Shown here: piece by piece, positions 49,747-58,007 of the stretch
Position numbering within the stretch: the first letter of the stretch is position 1
How the letters are laid out: each line of letters begins with the position of its first letter
Origin: Bacteroidota bacterium
GTDB lineage: Bacteria; Bacteroidota; Ignavibacteria; UBA10030; SZUA-254
Assembly (NCBI GenBank): GCA_030019075.1
Contig: JASEHD010000003.1
Coordinates: 1-58,676 of the forward strand
Direction of reading: 5' to 3'
Length of the DNA stretch: 58,676 nucleotides
Position numbers and translations under genes: made by a program
Notes under the pieces: model-generated
The model's input: the letters and a program-made list of their open reading frames with translations, nothing else
Databases searched by the model: none
Told to the model about the DNA's origin: nothing

Positions 49747-49771
49747 AATGTGTGTGAAGCAAATTTTATCT

Positions 49772-49843
49772 GGCGCCGTACCCAAGTGGTAAGGGAGAGG
49801 TCTGCAAAACCTTTATGCAGCGGTTCGAATCCGCTCGGCGCCT
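49772..49843 (+). tRNA. tRNA-Cys (anticodon GCA)
   Basis: Acceptor GGCGCCG/CGGCGCC, 3-bp D stem CCC/GGG, anticodon arm GAGGT-CTGCAAA-ACCTT, T arm AGCGG-TTCGAAT-CCGCT. Confidence 0.9.
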
Positions 49844-49933
49844 CTTGACCAAGTAAAAAGTCAAAATTCAAAATTAAAAAAAAGGAAATGATTAATATTT
49901 TTTACTTTTAACTTTTGCATTTTGAATTAGTAT

Positions 49934-50019
49934 GCCGGGGTGGCGAAACTGGTAGACGCACAGGACTTAAAATCCTGTTCTCCGCAAGGGGAGTGTCGGT
50001 TCGATTCCGATCCCCGGCA
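49934..50019 (+). tRNA. tRNA-Leu (anticodon TAA), class II with a long variable arm
   Basis: Acceptor GCCGGGG/CCCCGGC, anticodon arm CAGGA-CTTAAAA-TCCTG, variable arm TCTCCGCAAGGGGAG, T arm GTCGG-TTCGATT-CCGAT. Confidence 0.9.
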
Positions 50020-50035
50020 CGCACGAATGTGCAAT

Positions 50036-50109
<74 letters not shown>

Positions 50110-50110
50110 C

Positions 50111-50386
50111 ATGTATTTTGTGTACATTCTTCAGAGTAAGAAAATTGGTCAGTATTATGTTGGACATACCGATAATCTTGAGCGAAGAATGAGTGAGCAT
50201 GATAATGGTAAATCACCGTACACAAAAGGAAGAGGTCCATGGACTTTGGTTAATGTTGAAGAATTCGCGACTCGTTCTGAAGCGATGAAGCGAGAAAAAG
50301 AGATTAAGGGTCAAAAGAGTAGAGAATTCATCGAACGATTGATTAACAAGAAACAGTTGGTTAGAGCTTCCAGTTCTGTCTGTTAG
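50111..50386 (+). CDS. Small GIY-YIG nuclease-superfamily protein (YhbQ/UPF0213-like), copy 2
   Basis: MYFVYILQS.KIGQYYVGHTDNLERRMSEHDNGK...TKGRGPWTLVNVEEF.TRSEAMKREKEIKGQKSREFIERLI. About 45% identical to copy 1 by eye. The ATG starts 1 nt after the tRNA-Val discriminator, and the last ~10 codons read into a tRNA-Val-like remnant. Confidence 0.8.
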   Translation: MYFVYILQSKKIGQYYVGHTDNLERRMSEHDNGKSPYTKGRGPWTLVNVEEFATRSEAMKREKEIKGQKSREFIERLINKKQLVRASSSVC

Positions 50387-50427
50387 ACAGAACGGGAAGG
50401 TCATAGGTTCGAGTCCTATAGAGCCCA
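50354..50427 (+). pseudogene. 5'-truncated tRNA-Val-like remnant whose anticodon arm is replaced by a long hairpin
   Basis: CAGTTGGTTAGAGC (identical to tRNA-Val nt 13-26 region), then TCCAGTTCTGTC-TGTTA-GACAGAACGGGA (12-bp stem with 1 mismatch), then AGGTCATAGGTTCGAGTCCTATAGAGCCCA (30/30 identical to the tRNA-Val 3' part). The 5' acceptor strand is missing. Confidence 0.8.
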
Positions 50428-50491
50428 AAAGAAAGGAAAAATTGAAATTTCAGAATACATCAAAAAATATATTTTAAAGGTTATTTTTCTG

Positions 50492-50518
50492 AAATCGGAT
50501 TTATCCGATTTTTTATTT
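50492..50518 (+). terminator. Weak rho-independent terminator after the tRNA/GIY-YIG cluster, upstream of thrS
   Basis: AAATCGG (50492-50498) pairs with CCGATTT (50505-50511) around a 6-nt loop, followed by TTTTATTT. Confidence 0.45.
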
Positions 50519-50530
50519 GCTAATACATAA

Positions 50531-52453
50531 ATGTCAAAGATTAAAATAACGTTTCCCGACGGGAACACTCAGGAATACGACAACGGCATTACCGGAAACG
50601 AGATCGCCAAACGGATTAGTACGGGTCTTCATCGCGATGCTTTAGCGATTGAAGTTAATGGTGAAGTCTGGGATCTATCTCGAAAAATTGAAAAAGATGC
50701 CCCTGTAAAAATTCTTAAGTGGCAAGATGCAGGTGGTAAACACGCCTATTGGCACAGCTCTGCTCATTTAATGGCTGAGGCAGTTGAAATACTTTTTCCC
50801 GGAACGAAATTTGGGATTGGACCTGCAATAGATGAGGGTTTCTACTATGATCTCGACTTAGGTTCACATACACTTTCAAATGACGATCTCGTAAAGATCG
50901 AACAAAAGATGATCGAGTTAGCAAAGCAAAACTCAGCATTCACCCGGGAAGAAAGATCATGGGAAGATGCCGTCTCGTATTTCAGAACTAAGAACGATCC
51001 GTATAAGATTGAATTACTTGAAGAACTTAAAGGTCAAAAAATAAGTTTGTATCATCACGGTAATTTTACAGATTTATGCTCAGGTCCGCACATTTCCTCA
51101 ACGGGAAGAATTAAAGCTATCAAACTTCTCAGTGTAGCCGGTGCATACTGGCGGGGAAGCGAAAAGAATAAAATGCTTCAGCGCATATATGGAATAACAT
51201 TTCCAACGCAGAAAGAACTCGATGAGTATATTTTCAGGATTGAAGAAGCAAAAAAACGAGATCACAGAAAATTAGGGAAAGAACTTGATCTTTTTGTCTT
51301 TCACGATATCGCACCCGGTGCACCGTTCTGGTTGCCGAAGGGAATGATCATGTTTCGCGAGCTTGAAAAATTCCTGCGTGAAGAACTCGATCATAACGGT
51401 TATCAGGAGATAAGCACGCCAATTCTTGTTAAAAAAGAACTTTGGGAACAATCCGGACATTGGGAGCACTACAAGGAAAATATGTTCTACTTCGATTATG
51501 AAGAGATGACCTTCAGTCTCAAACCAATGAATTGTCCGGAAAGCACATACGTTTATCGTCATCGCATTCGGAGTTATAAAGATCTTCCATTAAGATATTC
51601 AGAAATCGGACGTTTGCATCGTAACGAAATATCCGGCGCTTTAGGCGGTATGTTTCGTGTTCGTCAGATAACGATGGACGATGCTCATATCTATTGCCGT
51701 CCAGATCAAATATTAGAAGAGATAAATTCGCTCATAAATCTTGTGAATCGTTTTTATTCTATCTTCGGATTAAAACCTGAATTTAACCTCTCAACAAAGC
51801 CGGATGGTGGAATGGGCGATCCAAAACTGTGGGATGAAGCAGAAGATGGATTGAAAAAAGCTCTTGAATCAAATAATATAAAGTACATTCTTAAGCCAAA
51901 AGATGGTGCTTTCTATGGTCCCAAAATTGATGTTCAGATTAAAGATGCTATCGGTCGCGAATGGCAGATTGCGACTATCCAACTCGACTTCGTAATGCTT
52001 CCCGAAAGATTCGAGCTTGAGTATATTGCAGAAGATGGTTCGAGGAAAAGACCTGTAGCAATTCATCGTGCAATTTTCGGATCCTTCGAGCGTTTCATGG
52101 GAATAATTACAGAACATTTTGCCGGATCATTTCCTACCTGGCTTGCACCCATCCAGGTGGTTGTTCTTCCAATAACAGACGCTCAGAACGAGTATGCACA
52201 AAAAGTATACAATAAGTTGCATAGTGAAGAGGTACGGGTTGAACTTGATGGTCGTAATGAGAAAGTGAATTATAAGATTCGAGAATGGGAAACAAAAAAA
52301 GTTCCTTATATGCTTATTGTCGGTGAGAAAGAAAAAACCACCGATAATGTCTCAGTTCGTCAGCATAAAAAGGGAGATTTGGGTGTTGAATCATTAGATG
52401 AGTTTGTAAAAAGAATCGTAAAAGAAATAAAAGAAAAATCATTATCATCATAG
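50531..52453 (+). CDS. thrS: Threonine--tRNA ligase
   Basis: 640 aa. TGS domain, editing-domain HSSAHL, class II motifs (FRVRQITMDDAHIYC, GSFERF) and a C-terminal anticodon-binding domain. Confidence 0.95.
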   Translation: MSKIKITFPDGNTQEYDNGITGNEIAKRISTGLHRDALAIEVNGEVWDLSRKIEKDAPVKILKWQDAGGKHAYWHSSAHLMAEAVEILFPGTKFGIGPAIDEGFYYDLDLGSHTLSNDDLVKIEQKMIELAKQNSAFTREERSWEDAVSYFRTKNDPYKIELLEELKGQKISLYHHGNFTDLCSGPHISSTGRIKAIKLLSVAGAYWRGSEKNKMLQRIYGITFPTQKELDEYIFRIEEAKKRDHRKLGKELDLFVFHDIAPGAPFWLPKGMIMFRELEKFLREELDHNGYQEISTPILVKKELWEQSGHWEHYKENMFYFDYEEMTFSLKPMNCPESTYVYRHRIRSYKDLPLRYSEIGRLHRNEISGALGGMFRVRQITMDDAHIYCRPDQILEEINSLINLVNRFYSIFGLKPEFNLSTKPDGGMGDPKLWDEAEDGLKKALESNNIKYILKPKDGAFYGPKIDVQIKDAIGREWQIATIQLDFVMLPERFELEYIAEDGSRKRPVAIHRAIFGSFERFMGIITEHFAGSFPTWLAPIQVVVLPITDAQNEYAQKVYNKLHSEEVRVELDGRNEKVNYKIREWETKKVPYMLIVGEKEKTTDNVSVRQHKKGDLGVESLDEFVKRIVKEIKEKSLSS

Positions 52454-52463
52454 GAGAAATGCC

Positions 52464-53036
52464 ATAAAAGGATCAGACCGTGTTCGAGTAAATGAAGAAA
52501 TCCGAGGTTCCCAAGTTCGTGTTATCGACGAATCGGGACAAGTCGGTATTATGCATCCGAATGAAGCTATAAGAATTGCCCACCAGCGTGGACTTGATCT
52601 TATCGAGATTGTACCAAATTCAAATCCACCTGTTTGCAAAATTATGGACTTCGGTAAATATAAATACGAACAAACAAAAAAAGATAAGCTTCAGCGAAAA
52701 CATCAACAGGTAACACAGGTTAAAGAACTTCGCTTCCATCCCAATACCGATGTGCACGATTTTGAATTTAAAGTACGTCATGGAAGAAAGTTCCTTGAAG
52801 AAGGACACAAATTAAAAGCGACAGTTGTGTTCAAAGGTAGAGAGATTACATACGCTGAACAAGGGGAAGAGTTGCTAAAACGGCTCGAAGAGAAATTGAC
52901 TGATGTTGGAAAAGTTGAGCAGATTGCAAAGTTGGAAGGAAGAAATATGGCTATGATCTTTGCTCCTGAAAAAGCAACGAAGAAAAAGGTGGATAAAAAA
53001 CAAAAACCTGCAGATACTAAGAAAGAAGGAAATTAA
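52464..53036 (+). CDS. infC: Translation initiation factor IF-3, probable non-AUG (AUA) start
   Basis: The ORF-track ATG at 52551 would remove the conserved N-terminus. The same frame stays open upstream and encodes (I)[29 protein letters not shown].... AGGAG at 52452-52456 lies 7 nt before the ATA at 52464. The exact start is uncertain. Confidence 0.7.
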   Translation: MKGSDRVRVNEEIRGSQVRVIDESGQVGIMHPNEAIRIAHQRGLDLIEIVPNSNPPVCKIMDFGKYKYEQTKKDKLQRKHQQVTQVKELRFHPNTDVHDFEFKVRHGRKFLEEGHKLKATVVFKGREITYAEQGEELLKRLEEKLTDVGKVEQIAKLEGRNMAMIFAPEKATKKKVDKKQKPADTKKEGN

Positions 53037-53037
53037 T

Positions 53038-53232
53038 ATGCCAAAAATGAAAACAAGCTCTGGAGCGAAGAAACGTTTTATCAAAACAGCTACAGGTAAA
53101 ATTAAGCGGCGTAAAGCATACAGAAGTCATATTTTGACTTCAAAATCAACGAAACGAAAACGTCATCTGCGAAAGTCGACACTCGTCTCGAAAGAAGAAC
53201 AGAAAAGAATGGAGATGCTGTTGCCCTCATAA
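53038..53232 (+). CDS. rpmI: 50S ribosomal protein L35
   Basis: [35 protein letters not shown]. The internal ATG at 53038 is preferred to the ORF-track start at 52960, and lies 1 nt after the infC stop. Confidence 0.9.
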   Translation: MPKMKTSSGAKKRFIKTATGKIKRRKAYRSHILTSKSTKRKRHLRKSTLVSKEEQKRMEMLLPS

Positions 53233-53310
53233 AGAAATTGCAATGGCATAAAATATTTTATAAATCACAAAACATATTAACAATAACGAGGAAAGGAGAA
53301 AAGTGCAACT

Positions 53311-53658
53311 ATGCCACGAGCACAAAATAAAGTTGCCTCCCACCGCCGTCGCAAACGCATCTTAGCGAAAGCGAAAGGTTACTGGGGTGCCAGAAGTAAA
53401 GTCCTCACGGTTGCTAAACACCATATTGACAAAGCTGGTCAACATGCGTACCGTGATAGGAGATTGAAAAAACGAGAATTTCGCGGTCTATGGATTACAC
53501 GCATTAATGCAGCAGCCAGAATCCATGGTACTACATATTCAAAATTGATCTCAGCTTTGAAGGAAAAAGGTATTGAGATCAATCGCCGAGTTCTTGCTGA
53601 TCTTGCTGCAAGAACACCAGATGCTTTTGCTGAAGTCGTTAAATTTGCAAACTCATAA
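53311..53658 (+). CDS. rplT: 50S ribosomal protein L20
   Basis: [29 protein letters not shown]...[25 protein letters not shown]. Confidence 0.95.
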   Translation: MPRAQNKVASHRRRKRILAKAKGYWGARSKVLTVAKHHIDKAGQHAYRDRRLKKREFRGLWITRINAAARIHGTTYSKLISALKEKGIEINRRVLADLAARTPDAFAEVVKFANS

Positions 53659-53659
53659 C

Positions 53660-53740
53660 AATCTTCCAACTGCTTTAATAGGTGGAGATGTTGATTGATA
53701 TCTCCACCAAATATAAGACTGTATTGGAAGATTTTTTTTG
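53660..53740 (+). terminator. Compound (nested-hairpin) rho-independent terminator between rplT and pheS
   Basis: The outer stem AATCTTCCAA (53660-53669) pairs with TTGGAAGATT (53724-53733), followed by a run of T. The inner stem is GGTGGAGAT/ATCTCCACC (53681-53708). Confidence 0.65.
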
Positions 53741-53757
53741 TTTTAAATCTTTGAATC

Positions 53758-54768
53758 ATGTTATTAAAAATTAATGATATTAAACAAAAAGCTCTAATTG
53801 ATATCAATTCCGTCAAAGACATGGCGAAGCTTGATGTTTTTAGAATAAAATACCTTGCTCGCAAAGGATTAGTAGCCGATTTGTTCGATGATCTAAAAAA
53901 CATCGAAACAACAGAACGTCCGGCGATCGGGAAATCTCTCAACGAGCTCAGGAATATCATCCAGACATTATTCGATGAGAAAAAAAAATTTATTGAAGCA
54001 TTAACACATCAACAAAAACAAATTCTTGATCTGACTTTACCCGGGCGACCTAAGTGGGTCGGCACACAGCATCCAATTACACGAACTCTCGAGGAAATAA
54101 AAAATATATTTTTTAGAATGGGATTCAGCGAGGCGTTCGGACCTGAAATAGAAGATGACTATCATAATTTCGAGGCACTGAATTTTCCCAAAGATCATCC
54201 CGCCCGTGATATGCAGGATACGTTCTTCATAGATGAAAAGATTTTACTTCGAACTCATACATCGCCAGTGCAGATCCGAGTTATGGAAAATCATCAGCCA
54301 CCTGTTCGTATAATTGCACCGGGGCGAGTTTATCGGAACGAAGCCGTAAGTGCGCGCAGCTATTGTCTATTCCATCAAGTTGAAGGTTTATACGTTGACG
54401 TTGGTGTAACTTTTAGTGAATTAAAAGGAACACTCGTAGCATTTGCTAAACAATTTTATGGAAGTGAGATTAAGTACCGTTTTCGACCTAGCTTTTTCCC
54501 TTTTACCGAGCCAAGTGCAGAAATGGATATTACTTGCTTTATTTGCAAAGGCAAGGGCTGTAGGATTTGTAAAAATACGGGTTGGTTGGAAATCCTGGGC
54601 TGTGGCATGGTTGATCCCGGTGTATATAAATACGTCGGCTATGACCCAGAAAAATATACAGGTTATGCTTTTGGAATGGGAATTGAAAGAATTACGATGC
54701 TTCGATATGGTATTGATGATATCCGAATTCTTTTTGAAAACGATATAAGATTTTTACAACAATTCTGA
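53758..54768 (+). CDS. pheS: Phenylalanine--tRNA ligase alpha subunit
   Basis: 336 aa with HPARDMQDTFF, RTHTSPVQIR, FHQVEG and GFAFGMGIERI class II motifs. Confidence 0.95.
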   Translation: MLLKINDIKQKALIDINSVKDMAKLDVFRIKYLARKGLVADLFDDLKNIETTERPAIGKSLNELRNIIQTLFDEKKKFIEALTHQQKQILDLTLPGRPKWVGTQHPITRTLEEIKNIFFRMGFSEAFGPEIEDDYHNFEALNFPKDHPARDMQDTFFIDEKILLRTHTSPVQIRVMENHQPPVRIIAPGRVYRNEAVSARSYCLFHQVEGLYVDVGVTFSELKGTLVAFAKQFYGSEIKYRFRPSFFPFTEPSAEMDITCFICKGKGCRICKNTGWLEILGCGMVDPGVYKYVGYDPEKYTGYAFGMGIERITMLRYGIDDIRILFENDIRFLQQF

Positions 54769-54782
54769 TAACTCTTTAATTT

Positions 54783-57236
54783 ATGCGAGTTTCGTTAAAT
54801 TGGCTTAAAGAATATATTGATATACCAGTCTCTCTTGATGAGCTTGCGAATAGCTTGACAATGGTCGGTTTGGAAGTCGAATCAATTGAACGGTTAGGTG
54901 AAAAATATAAAAATTTCCTGATTGGGCAAGTTTTAGAAGTTAATGCTCATCCAAAGGCTGACAAGCTTACAATTTGTAAAGTTAATGTTGGTAAGGAAAT
55001 CTGTCCGATCGTTTGTGGAGCACCAAATGTCAGAACAGGACAATTTGTAGCTGTCGGAAAAGAAGGAGCAATAATTCCACGCAATCAACATGATCCTGAA
55101 GGAAAGCCATTTGTTCTTTCTCGAGTAAAAATTCGTGGTATCGAATCTCAGGGAATGATTTGTTCAGAATATGAACTCGATCTCGGGGAAGACAAGGAAG
55201 GGATTCTGGTGCTTGATCCAACTTCTGAAGTAGGTATTCCATTAGCAGATTATTTAGGATTGAATGATACTGTCTTAGAAATTGGAATTACACCCAACCG
55301 ACCCGATGCGATGAGTCATTTAGGGATTGCCCGCGAGATAGGTGCAATCTTAAACCGGGATTTTAGAATTCCGGTTACAAACTTGAAAGAAAGTAAAAGG
55401 AGCATTGGCGATTTTGTATCAGTTCTAATAAAAGATTTTCAAAACTGCCCGCGATACACTGGCAGATTGATATTTAATATTAAAATAGAACCTTCACCCA
55501 AGTGGTTACAGAATCGTTTAACCTCAGTTGGCATTAGACCTATTAATAATATTGTTGACGTAACTAATTATGTTTTAATGGAGTGTGGTCATCCACTTCA
55601 CGCGTTTGATTATGATAAATTGACTGGGCAATCTATAATTATTAGATCAGCAGAAAAGAACGAAACATTTACAACGCTTGATCACAAACCGAGGGTATTA
55701 CGAGAGGATACGTTACTTATTTGTGATTCAAAATTTCCTATTGCCATAGCAGGTGTAATGGGTGGACTAAATTCTGAAATTAGCCAATCGACCGTCAATG
55801 TATTTTTAGAAAGTGCTTATTTTGATCCTCAGAGTATTCGTCGGACTTCAAAGCATTTTGGCATAAGTACTGATGCTTCACAAAGGTTTGAGCGAGGAGC
55901 CGATCCAAATATTACCGAATGGGCAGTAAATCGTGCCTCTTATTTAATTCAACAAATTGCTGGTGGAGAAGTTTTAATCGGATCAATCGATGTTTATCCT
56001 AAGAAAATCAACACAAAAGAGGTTGAGTTAAGAATTGATAAATTGAATGAACTATTGGGAATAAATCTTACCACCGAAAGTGTTTCATCATACCTTAATA
56101 AGATTTTTATTAAGCCGAAGGATGCTAAATCGACATCTGATCTCAACAAGTCAATCATCTTTGAAATTCCAACTTTTCGTCCTGACGTAGAACGTGAGAT
56201 TGACTTGATAGAGGAAGTCGCGCGTCTGTATGGATATGATAATATTGAGACAAAAGCTCGGAGCAATATACAATTTCCTGAAGATCCTCCGGAAAAAGAT
56301 TTTCAAAATGAAATCAGACAATTTTTTATTGGGAATGGATTTTTTGAGGTAGTTTCTAACAGTATGCAAAAAATTGATAATGCAACTATTTCAGAAGAAA
56401 AAATAGTAAAAATTTCGAATCCTATCAGTGCTGATATGGCAATTCTGAGAACAAGCTTGCTTCCGAGTATTCTTGGCGTGATTCAGACAAATATTTCTCA
56501 CGGTTCAAAAAATATAAGATTTTTTGAAATTGGTAAAGTGTACTGTAAAGTAAATTCTGATAGATATGACGGTGCGATTAATGGTTTTTATGAAGAGGAT
56601 AGAATAATTCTTGCGATTAGCGGACAAGCGCTGCCTATTGGATGGGTTGAAAAACCCCGATTTATTGACATTTATGATTTAAAAGGCGAGGTGGAAGCAC
56701 TTTTTAGAAAGATTTTTCTTGACAATATGAAATTTATTCCTTATTCTAATACCAATGCTTTAAGTGAAATGGGTCTACATATTGAAATCAAAGGAAAATA
56801 TGCTGGATTAGTTGGCAAGGTTAGTAAAGACTTATTAAATAAATTCGATATAGATCAAGACGTTTATTTTGCTGAAATGAACATTGAAAGTTTGACAAAA
56901 AATTTTAAAGTAGAACAAAAATTCAGCCCATTATCAATTTATCCTAGTGTAATGCGTGATATTGCAATTATAATTGATGAAAATATATCAACCGATGATG
57001 TTGAGAAGCAGATCAAAGAATGTGGATCGACATATTTGAGGAAGGTTGAATTATTCGACGTTTATGTTGGAGAACAGATTGGACCAAACAATAAGAGTCG
57101 TACATTTGCTTTAGAGTTTATGGCGGAAGACCATACGATGAAACAAAAAGAAGTAGATCAAATAATGCAGAAAATAATGAAAGATTTAGAAATAAAATTT
57201 AATGCAATTATCAGAAAGCAGGAGATGTCGGATTGA
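54783..57236 (+). CDS. pheT: Phenylalanine--tRNA ligase beta subunit
   Basis: 817 aa. N-terminal tRNA-binding OB domain, B3/4 and B5 domains, and a C-terminal FDX-ACB domain. Confidence 0.95.
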   Translation: MRVSLNWLKEYIDIPVSLDELANSLTMVGLEVESIERLGEKYKNFLIGQVLEVNAHPKADKLTICKVNVGKEICPIVCGAPNVRTGQFVAVGKEGAIIPRNQHDPEGKPFVLSRVKIRGIESQGMICSEYELDLGEDKEGILVLDPTSEVGIPLADYLGLNDTVLEIGITPNRPDAMSHLGIAREIGAILNRDFRIPVTNLKESKRSIGDFVSVLIKDFQNCPRYTGRLIFNIKIEPSPKWLQNRLTSVGIRPINNIVDVTNYVLMECGHPLHAFDYDKLTGQSIIIRSAEKNETFTTLDHKPRVLREDTLLICDSKFPIAIAGVMGGLNSEISQSTVNVFLESAYFDPQSIRRTSKHFGISTDASQRFERGADPNITEWAVNRASYLIQQIAGGEVLIGSIDVYPKKINTKEVELRIDKLNELLGINLTTESVSSYLNKIFIKPKDAKSTSDLNKSIIFEIPTFRPDVEREIDLIEEVARLYGYDNIETKARSNIQFPEDPPEKDFQNEIRQFFIGNGFFEVVSNSMQKIDNATISEEKIVKISNPISADMAILRTSLLPSILGVIQTNISHGSKNIRFFEIGKVYCKVNSDRYDGAINGFYEEDRIILAISGQALPIGWVEKPRFIDIYDLKGEVEALFRKIFLDNMKFIPYSNTNALSEMGLHIEIKGKYAGLVGKVSKDLLNKFDIDQDVYFAEMNIESLTKNFKVEQKFSPLSIYPSVMRDIAIIIDENISTDDVEKQIKECGSTYLRKVELFDVYVGEQIGPNNKSRTFALEFMAEDHTMKQKEVDQIMQKIMKDLEIKFNAIIRKQEMSD

Positions 57237-57574
57237 ACCATCTCGATGGAATCGGAGTTAGTGTGACAAAAGATATCGAAAATATTGAGATCATTCTGAA
57301 AATATTCTGGGATAAAGTCCGAATTGTTTCAGAACAGATAAACCGGTTAAAAGAGGAAAAAAAGAGCTTACAACAAAACCAAAATGATATGGATGGTGAG
57401 CTTCATCGTTTACGGTCTCAATTGAATGAGAAGGAGCAGGAGATAAAAAGACTGCGAGTGGAACAGGTACAACTCCTCAATATGTCAAATGACGAACAAT
57501 TCACAAAACAAGAAAAAGAGTTTCTGAAAGAAAGGATACGAGATTTAATTTCAAAAATTAATTCTCATTTATAG
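57233..57574 (+). CDS. Coiled-coil protein, possibly ZapB-like cell-division factor
   Basis: TTG start overlapping the pheT stop. 113 aa, mostly heptad-like (LKEEKKSLQQNQ...EKEQEIKRLRVEQ). Sits immediately upstream of zapA. The function is inferred only from composition and neighbourhood. Confidence 0.35.
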   Translation: MNHLDGIGVSVTKDIENIEIILKIFWDKVRIVSEQINRLKEEKKSLQQNQNDMDGELHRLRSQLNEKEQEIKRLRVEQVQLLNMSNDEQFTKQEKEFLKERIRDLISKINSHL

Positions 57575-57652
57575 GAATTTGAAATCTAAAATATTTTTAA
57601 TATGTTTGATTATGAAGCTGAATACACTCAATAGGAAAATTTAAGCAGGATT

Positions 57653-57949
57653 ATGGCAACGGACAGTAAAAGCATAAAAGTTAAAATATTTGGTTCTGAA
57701 TATCCGCTACGTGGTGAAAGTGAAGAATTAACCAAGAAGGTAGCTGGATATGTTGACCAAATGATTAATACGATACATGAGAAAATTCCTGAACAACCAC
57801 CTTTAACAGTGGCGGTTCTAACTGCACTGAATATTACTGAAGATCTCTTCAAAGAAAGAGAAAAATGTCGAACTCTCACAGCACTCGTTGAATCTGAGGT
57901 TGGTAAGATAAACGAATTTCTCGAACAGTGCACGAACACGGAAACATAA
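57653..57949 (+). CDS. zapA: Cell division protein ZapA
   Basis: 98 aa. IKVKIFGSEYPLRGESEE......YVD..I.......P.....AVLTALNITEDLF matches the ZapA family layout. Confidence 0.8.
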   Translation: MATDSKSIKVKIFGSEYPLRGESEELTKKVAGYVDQMINTIHEKIPEQPPLTVAVLTALNITEDLFKEREKCRTLTALVESEVGKINEFLEQCTNTET

Positions 57950-58007
57950 TGGATTACTGTTCTTTGACATAGCTCTCCCGATGAGAGTATGCAATATTAT
58001 TAATTTA

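Larger units (their letters stand above)
49409..49771 (+). mobile_element. Candidate tandem pair of tRNA-Cys-associated mini elements, one ORF-bearing and one ORF-less
   Basis: Unit 1 is module A plus the GIY-YIG ORF. Unit 2 is module B plus a 10-nt remnant plus a duplicated tRNA 5' flank. Each unit starts with tRNA-Cys nt 1-11. Mobility is inferred only from this repeat architecture. Confidence 0.4.

Noticed and set aside
53688-53774. A 28-codon mini-ORF (MLIDISTKYKTVLEDFFCFKSLNHVIKN) with FFCF, considered as a pheM-like Phe-rich attenuation leader for pheST.
   Set aside because: The Phe codons are just the T-run of the rplT terminator. The ORF spans the terminator and overlaps the pheS start, rather than preceding an antiterminator/terminator pair. 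It has no ribosome-binding site.
53439-53960. The 173-aa minus-strand ORF spanning the rplT-pheS junction, plus similar long antisense ORFs at 3145..3666, 11621..11995, 12261..12755 and 44245..44649.
   Set aside because: All are antisense to genes with unambiguous family signatures and have low-complexity, unprotein-like sequences. They are shadow ORFs.
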